A stretch of DNA of 64,000 nucleotides, taken from the NCBI RefSeq assembly GCF_000002075.1, contig NW_004797289.1:1712154-1776153 (forward strand), written 5' to 3'. The translations under genes were made by a program, and so were the position numbers. The first letter of the stretch is position 1; every line of letters begins with the position of its first letter. Shown here one piece after another: positions 62,101 through 64,000 of this stretch. The notes beneath the pieces were generated by a model. That model was not told where the DNA came from and did not search any database. It saw nothing but the letters and a program-made list of their open reading frames with translations. The DNA is from Aplysia californica (taxonomy: Eukaryota).

Positions 62101-63724
62101 CTAGCCTACGGTTTTGGAAGGAAAAAACTGTCATATTTGTTAACAATAGGCAACTGAATTAAAATGTATTTGAAAAAAACAAAAAAAACCCAAAGGCACT
62201 AAGTTGACTAACAAGCATAAGAGTCAATTTGACACAGTTTGGACTTGGTGACTAAATATCCAGTGTTTATTGCTAGCTGGTGTCTCATAAAAAGATTTCT
62301 TTCACTTTAAACTTGTACATCGATGTAGAGCAGTATTGGATCAAGGACGACAACACCTTTGCCGCTGTACTGACCGATTTCGGCACTCCTGAACAATTGC
62401 GGTCTCGTTTGCACTTATTAGTGCCCCTGTAGTGTGTTTCTTATTTAGAGATCTAAACTGAATTAAAATAAAAGCCTAGGCTATCTAGTCTAAATCTAGA
62501 AATCTAAATATGTGTCGATATGTCTAGAGATAGATTATCTAGAACTAGATCTAGATTCACTTCTACAGCCACAATAGCCGTCATGTAAACAAATGGGACC
62601 GCAATTGTACAGGAGTAAGAGTGCTGCGATTTCTTAATCGCACCGACACAAAGTGCAGCAAGCGGCTTGTTCAATTTTCTAATGAACTTTTCAAGTCGCA
62701 CACCTGCTGCTTCTTTCTCATTCCAGCTCCTTTTATTTTTGCATTCTGCATCAATTTCTCTCAAATTTTCGCCGTTTTCAAAGACAACTCGGCGCGCCAA
62801 CGTCCCGATGCTCGATCGACACTTTGTTGCTTCACAATAAACAAAGTGAAACTAGTGCTAGGCCTAGAAGAACGGAAGTAGAAAACTACGACGGACATGC
62901 ACAAGCCGCGTTTGCGCCTCTCTCCCGGTTCAGTGTTTTCTGCGTGCAAAAAAAAAAAAGTATCGCAATTTGCCACCGAGAGCAGCCCAGCAGAGGAAGG
63001 AGGAAAGTAGCAGGAAAAGCTAGATGTGAAGCGGAGTTTCCGCTATTTAGCGGGAAAGTGGCAACTATGTTCAAAATGCGTTTCTTTCTATTCCAGACTC
63101 ACCATCCATTCTCTGTGGCCCTGAGCTCCATCACCATCTTCATGACTTCAATCTCAGCAAACACATCACCAGCAAAAACATGGCCGCCGTCATCCACCAG
63201 GTAGTTGATAAGTTTGCCAGCAGATGGGGACCTGCAGAGACCAGTTCATAGATGAAAATACCTTTACATCTTAAAATTACGGCAACAATACTTCGATTTC
63301 ACATCAGGACAACTATATGCTAGAGAAGACCCATTAATATTGTAAACTGGTAAATTTATGAGTCAACATGAAGGTAAGTGTGATGGGTTGGGCAGGTCAT
63401 TTGAGTATGTTTCTGAATCCACAACATTCACAAACTAGTTGTCCTGCAAAGCAGCCCACCGCCCAAAAATCTCATTGGAGCTCCATCCAAAAGCCGGCTC
63501 TGAATTACACGTCTCTATCACAAATGTTGACAAACTACGAAGATGATAATTACCACCATAAAATACTTTCTCCTCCCATATACTCCCTATCAACTCTACG
63601 TGTTCTTTCCCAAAGCCTGAGCTACCTGAGAATTGTTGGGTCATTCTCTTTCTGCAGTATACAGGTCTGATTGCCGATGGTGATTCTGTAACTGTTCACT
63701 TGTTCCTTCATGTATGTTGTGTAA
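8973..63724 (-). CDS. ACC: Acetyl-CoA carboxylase, multi-exon gene span (5'-partial; 39 coding exons in window, BCCP + central + CT domains)
   Basis: Exon translations are collinear with eukaryotic ACC (EIEVMKM biotin motif, [56 protein letters not shown]). GT-AG sites and phases join in frame. Confidence 0.98.
9524..9611 (-). CDS. ACC: ACC penultimate exon, visible 3' part ([28 protein letters not shown]); 5' part lies in N gap
   Basis: Aligns with the ENI(K/R)C...IRS segment; donor AG|gtgcgt. Confidence 0.88.
10198..10303 (+). mobile_element. 3' tail of tRNA-SINE family B (rest in gap)
   Basis: Near-identical to reverse complement of 15031-15125; (ATT)n tail. Confidence 0.85.
10363..10535 (-). 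mobile_element. Retroposon family A copy
   Basis: Matches family consensus. Confidence 0.8.
10582..10752 (-). CDS. ACC: ACC exon ([22 protein letters not shown]...[11 protein letters not shown])
   Basis: FFYWRLRR motif; cag/gtgagt. Confidence 0.95.
10979..11158 (-). mobile_element. Retroposon family A copy
   Basis: Matches family consensus. Confidence 0.75.
12126..12271 (-). CDS. ACC: ACC exon (DLDAESK...[18 protein letters not shown])
   Basis: [11 protein letters not shown] motif; cag/gtacga. Confidence 0.96.
12723..12993. repeat. Tandem repeat, 90-bp unit x3
   Basis: ATACTTATAATAATTAACTGATTCC at 12723, 12813 and 12903. Confidence 0.95.
13038..13159 (-). CDS. ACC: ACC exon ([15 protein letters not shown]...ISSP)
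   Basis: LEPEG motif; cag/gtttgt. Confidence 0.95.
13540..14048 (+). mobile_element. tRNA-headed SINE family C (Deu-domain-like), near full length
   Basis: B box GGTTCGAATCC at ~13591; GCACGTTAAAGATCCC core; tail GTTGTGAGCGCCGTAAAA resembling family A tail. Confidence 0.75.
14577..14712 (-). repeat. 39-bp tandem repeat of the exon end plus splice donor
   Basis: ATGTACGCTGACTCTCTCAGCAG|GTATGT unit repeated ~3.5 times. Confidence 0.92.
14685..14862 (-). CDS. ACC: ACC exon ([15 protein letters not shown]...ELRGGSWVV...MYADSLSR)
   Basis: Conserved motif; cag/gtatgt; duplicate donor at 14646. Confidence 0.95.
15031..15372 (-). mobile_element. tRNA-derived SINE family B, full length, TSD CAGTA
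   Basis: A box TGGCCTAGTGG and B box GGTTCGAATCC; conserved core (CCACCCAGGTG..ATGGGTACC); L2/CR1-type tail; CAGTA at 15026-15030 and 15373-15377. Confidence 0.9.
16025..16188 (-). mobile_element. Retroposon family A copy (diverged)
   Basis: Matches family consensus. Confidence 0.7.
16248..16383 (-). CDS. ACC: ACC exon ([21 protein letters not shown]...[11 protein letters not shown])
   Basis: CT active-site motifs; cag/gtacgg. Confidence 0.97.
16923..17082 (-). mobile_element. Retroposon family A copy
   Basis: Matches family consensus. Confidence 0.75.
17492..17588 (-). CDS. ACC: ACC exon ([32 protein letters not shown])
   Basis: Conserved motif; cag/gtcagt. Confidence 0.96.
17920..18013 (-). 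CDS. ACC: ACC exon ([31 protein letters not shown])
   Basis: Conserved motif; cag/gtgaga. Confidence 0.95.
18817..19637. mobile_element. pogo/Tigger-like non-autonomous DNA transposon
   Basis: TIRs CAGTTGAACCTG / CAGGTTCGACTG, flanked by TA on both sides. Confidence 0.7.
20055..20169 (-). CDS. ACC: ACC exon (KRGGLLPV...[12 protein letters not shown])
   Basis: [10 protein letters not shown] motif; cag/gtttgt. Confidence 0.95.
20986..21129 (-). CDS. ACC: ACC exon ([15 protein letters not shown]...WLSYMPV)
   Basis: Conserved motif; cag/gtgagt. Confidence 0.96.
22068..22376 (-). mobile_element. Retroposon family A, partial plus full copy
   Basis: Matches family consensus. Confidence 0.8.
22727..22837 (-). 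CDS. ACC: ACC exon ([18 protein letters not shown]...[10 protein letters not shown])
   Basis: Conserved CT motif; aag/gtcaga. Confidence 0.96.
23043..23140 (-). CDS. ACC: ACC exon ([32 protein letters not shown])
   Basis: Translation homology; cag/gtcagt. Confidence 0.95.
23615..23735 (-). CDS. ACC: ACC exon (SFKYLYLRP...[12 protein letters not shown])
   Basis: Translation homology; cag/gttagt. Confidence 0.94.
23766..23940 (-). mobile_element. Retroposon family A copy, 30 bp upstream of an ACC acceptor
   Basis: Matches family consensus. Confidence 0.8.
24168..24340 (-). mobile_element. Retroposon family A copy
   Basis: Matches family consensus. Confidence 0.82.
24585..24827 (-). mobile_element. 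Retroposon family A copy with duplicated 3' part
   Basis: CTTGCAACACAATAAGGTC...AAGAAGGAG segment present twice. Confidence 0.8.
25584..25721 (-). CDS. ACC: ACC exon ([25 protein letters not shown]...DPEK)
   Basis: ANSGAR motif; cag/gtcagt. Confidence 0.96.
25856..26030 (-). mobile_element. Retroposon family A copy
   Basis: Matches family consensus. Confidence 0.78.
26250..26381 (-). CDS. ACC: ACC exon (IGMVAWK...[13 protein letters not shown])
   Basis: CT motif; cag/gttagt. Confidence 0.96.
26909..28283 (+). mobile_element. 5'-truncated non-LTR retrotransposon (I/Ingi-like group) with RNase H and C-terminal Cys/His knuckle; disabled
   Basis: [38 protein letters not shown] and [10 protein letters not shown] motifs; frameshift at A-run 27481-27488; (AAC)n tail; TSD CATCCAGTAA at 26899-26908 and 28284-28293. 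Confidence 0.92.
28389..28535 (-). CDS. ACC: ACC exon (ALLKMWE...NRLPGENE)
   Basis: NRLPGxNE motif; cag/gtcaga. Confidence 0.94.
29154..29309 (-). CDS. ACC: ACC exon ([15 protein letters not shown]...[14 protein letters not shown])
   Basis: Start of CT region; cag/gtcagt. Confidence 0.96.
29482..29871. repeat. Minisatellite, 66-bp unit x6, inside a longer degenerate repeat (~29395-30020)
   Basis: ATCAAAGCATTTC recurs every 66 bp from 29482. Confidence 0.95.
30098..30593. mobile_element. MITE with ~30-bp TIRs and 7-bp TSD (P-superfamily-like)
   Basis: CAAAGATGGTACAAGACAAGATGGGCCACT / AGTGGCCCATCTTGTCTTGTACTATCTTTG; TSD TTACTAC. Confidence 0.88.
31553..31670 (-). CDS. ACC: ACC exon ([39 protein letters not shown])
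   Basis: [13 protein letters not shown] motif; cag/gtgagt. Confidence 0.94.
32683..32774 (-). CDS. ACC: ACC exon ([31 protein letters not shown])
   Basis: Conserved motif; cag/gtgagc. Confidence 0.95.
32778..33245. repeat. Degenerate tandem repeat abutting an ACC acceptor
   Basis: Recurring AGAGGTGAGA..ATACAGGTGA units. Confidence 0.7.
33634..33705 (-). CDS. ACC: ACC exon ([24 protein letters not shown])
   Basis: [12 protein letters not shown] motif; cag/gtaaac. Confidence 0.95.
34575..35079 (-). mobile_element. Two retroposon family A copies (34575-34755, 34904-35079)
   Basis: Match family consensus. Confidence 0.78.
36326..36873 (-). mobile_element. 5'-truncated RTE-clade LINE fragment
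   Basis: Minus translation ...[19 protein letters not shown]...[16 protein letters not shown]...AQDRNKW; (TGA)n tail; TSD TAGTCTTTGTT at 36315-36325 and 36874-36884. Confidence 0.92.
37501..37977. mobile_element. Second, inverted copy of the P-like MITE
   Basis: Reverse-complement similarity to 30098-30593; CAAAGA..TCTTTG ends; TSD GTTATAT. Confidence 0.88.
41210..41299 (-). CDS. ACC: ACC exon ([30 protein letters not shown])
   Basis: Conserved motif; cag/gttagt. Confidence 0.95.
41509..41867 (-). mobile_element. tRNA-derived SINE family B, full length
   Basis: Closely similar to 15031-15372; A/B boxes; (TAA)n tail. Confidence 0.9.
42250..42327 (-). CDS. ACC: ACC exon ([26 protein letters not shown])
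   Basis: Conserved motif; cag/gtatct. Confidence 0.95.
42475..42648 (-). mobile_element. Retroposon family A copy
   Basis: Matches family consensus. Confidence 0.75.
42872..43302. mobile_element. Old MITE with TATGTG..AATCAGGC termini; related copies at ~47350-47710 and inverted at ~19640-19895
   Basis: Imperfect TIRs and shared internal sequence. Confidence 0.55.
43566..43703 (-). CDS. ACC: ACC exon ([19 protein letters not shown]...LYLGKAK)
   Basis: Highly conserved motif; cag/gtgagg. Confidence 0.96.
44205..44490 (-). mobile_element. Retroposon family A, partial plus full copy abutting an ACC donor
   Basis: Matches family consensus. Confidence 0.78.
44507..44548 (-). CDS. ACC: ACC exon ([14 protein letters not shown])
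   Basis: PKxFTFRA motif; cag/gtaagt. Confidence 0.92.
45140..45301 (-). mobile_element. Retroposon family A copy
   Basis: Matches family consensus. Confidence 0.75.
45496..45552 (-). CDS. ACC: ACC exon ([19 protein letters not shown])
   Basis: GIRRxTF motif; cag/gtaagt. Confidence 0.92.
45705..45889 (-). mobile_element. Retroposon family A copy
   Basis: Matches family consensus. Confidence 0.72.
46310..46673 (-). mobile_element. Two tandem retroposon family A copies
   Basis: 46310-46491 near consensus; 46520-46673 diverged. Confidence 0.8.
46881..47000 (-). CDS. ACC: ACC exon ([19 protein letters not shown]...[15 protein letters not shown]); possible alternative acceptor at 47027
   Basis: PxHI(I/L)N(I/V)AIK motif; cag/gtcagg. 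Confidence 0.88.
48200..48880 (-). repeat. Satellite built from the exon end plus GTAAGT donor
   Basis: GACACTTACAGAACTAGACAAGACACTGA-type units continuous with exon boundary at 48871. Confidence 0.9.
48871..48970 (-). CDS. ACC: ACC exon ([33 protein letters not shown])
   Basis: Phase fits neighbours; PPxSP motif; cag/gtaagt. Confidence 0.85.
49781..50030. repeat. ~29-bp minisatellite containing TTGCCATAGCAAC; runs into gap
   Basis: About 9 visible units. Confidence 0.92.
50034..50183 (-). CDS. ACC: ACC exon, regulatory loop ([17 protein letters not shown]...[10 protein letters not shown])
   Basis: CQRMG motif; phase 2-2; cag/gtgagt. Confidence 0.9.
50705..50910. repeat. Degenerate repeat (ACAATCTATCCAATCTGAAAGA)n
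   Basis: Direct reading. Confidence 0.75.
52668..53305. repeat. Near-perfect 317-bp direct tandem duplication
   Basis: TATTAATTAATTTTCAGAAG at 52671 and 52988; I see one mismatch. Confidence 0.93.
53454..53572 (-). CDS. ACC: ACC exon ([10 protein letters not shown]...[10 protein letters not shown])
   Basis: Translation homology; aag/gtgaaa. Confidence 0.94.
54403..54492 (-). CDS. ACC: ACC exon ([30 protein letters not shown])
   Basis: Translation homology; cag/gtgagt. Confidence 0.95.
55089..55316 (-). CDS. ACC: ACC exon (DHLCGKEP...[16 protein letters not shown]...ENLQ)
   Basis: Translation homology; cag/gtgaga. Confidence 0.95.
55340..55732 (-). mobile_element. Two retroposon family A copies (55340-55495, 55567-55732)
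   Basis: Match family consensus. Confidence 0.75.
56239..56363 (-). CDS. ACC: ACC exon ([14 protein letters not shown]...IFSH...LVIMLI)
   Basis: Translation homology; cag/gtgagt. Confidence 0.93.
56786..56975 (-). CDS. ACC: ACC exon ([12 protein letters not shown]...[13 protein letters not shown]...QFQQG)
   Basis: Translation homology; cag/gtaaat. Confidence 0.95.
57916..58035 (-). CDS. ACC: ACC exon ([11 protein letters not shown]...[16 protein letters not shown])
   Basis: Conserved [16 protein letters not shown]; tag/gtgaga. Confidence 0.95.
58393..59012 (-). mobile_element. Internally deleted Tc1-like transposon with remnant transposase N-terminal HTH (58419-58628)
   Basis: TIRs CAGACTTCAACATAAGTTAA..GACCAC; TA flanks; peptide [26 protein letters not shown]...TGSVQE resembles Tc1/Tc3 paired-like HTH. 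Confidence 0.85.
59256..59471 (-). CDS. ACC: ACC exon (AKLHEGPLP...[12 protein letters not shown])
   Basis: 216 nt, phase 0-0; tag/gttagg. Confidence 0.93.
59575..59738 (-). mobile_element. Retroposon family A copy
   Basis: Matches family consensus. Confidence 0.8.
60261..61060. mobile_element. Non-autonomous DNA element with ~38-bp TIRs
   Basis: GTGCCTGGTGAAAGGTACCAAAAGACGCATT / AATGCGTCATTTGGTACCTTTCACCAGGCAC. Confidence 0.8.
61101..61191 (-). CDS. ACC: ACC exon ([31 protein letters not shown])
   Basis: Translation homology; cag/gtatgg. Confidence 0.93.
61453..61841. mobile_element. MITE, PIF/Harbinger-like termini
   Basis: CCCATTCACACGTACAGTTCATTGATCGACAAACTG / CAGTCTGTCGATGAATGAACTGTACATGAAAAGGG imperfect TIRs. 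Confidence 0.7.
61994..63069 (-). mobile_element. Deleted DNA transposon (hAT/Tip100-like) with possible decayed transposase N-terminus
   Basis: TIRs CATAGCTGCCACT / AGTGGCAACTATG; CpG-rich interior; ORF 62504-62800 (KNKRSWNEK...[11 protein letters not shown]) recalls invertebrate hAT N-termini; no clear TSD. Confidence 0.5.
63103..63231 (-). CDS. ACC: ACC exon, biotinyl domain (SPSAGKL...[18 protein letters not shown])
   Basis: Biotin-attachment motif EVMKM with Lys codon at 63138-63140; cag/gtgagt boundaries. Confidence 0.96.
63626..63724 (-). CDS. ACC: ACC exon ([34 protein letters not shown])
   Basis: cag acceptor, AG|gtagc donor; matches ACC segment before BCCP. Confidence 0.93.
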
Positions 63725-64000
63725 CTGTGGAAAGAAAACATCATTATATACTTCCACAAGAGATTTTGTACAATTACTAGACTGGAATTGTGAAAAAAAA
63801 CCGAAAGAATTCCATACATAAAGGTCTTGCACCAAAATATGATACAATGGCAAGGAAAGAAAATCTAAACGTGCGCACAGCTACTCAAAATTTATGGATC
63901 ATATTGTCTAATACATCTTGTAACAAGTCTGTTTTAATATACAGTGCAACATGACATTCACAACAAGATTAAGATTTGAATAAATGTATAATTAGACACA

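Overview
This is metazoan genomic DNA with assembly gaps, probably from an invertebrate; a lophotrochozoan such as a mollusc is my inference from the repeat types. Almost the whole window is the 3' portion of one multi-exon acetyl-CoA carboxylase gene (ACC, ACACA/ACACB orthologue) on the minus strand. I could read 39 coding exons (about 4.8 kb CDS, about 1,600 aa) with GT-AG boundaries and consistent phases. They run from just before the biotinyl domain (EVMKM) at 63724, through the central domain and both carboxyltransferase lobes, to the TAG stop at 8973. The biotin carboxylase N-terminus lies beyond the right edge, and part of the penultimate exon is in a gap. A probable ~5 kb 3' UTR follows. 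The introns hold tRNA-derived SINEs, an RNase H-bearing LINE fragment, an RTE fragment, Tc1/pogo-, P- and hAT-like non-autonomous DNA elements (some nested), and over 20 copies of a ~170-bp retroposon that is almost always sense to ACC. Points worth checking: tandem repeats that copy exon ends and splice sites, candidate in-frame micro-exons in two retroposon-poor introns of the regulatory central domain, and a tandem array of RFX X-box-like motifs. There are no prokaryotic features, and most short ORFs in the track are spurious.
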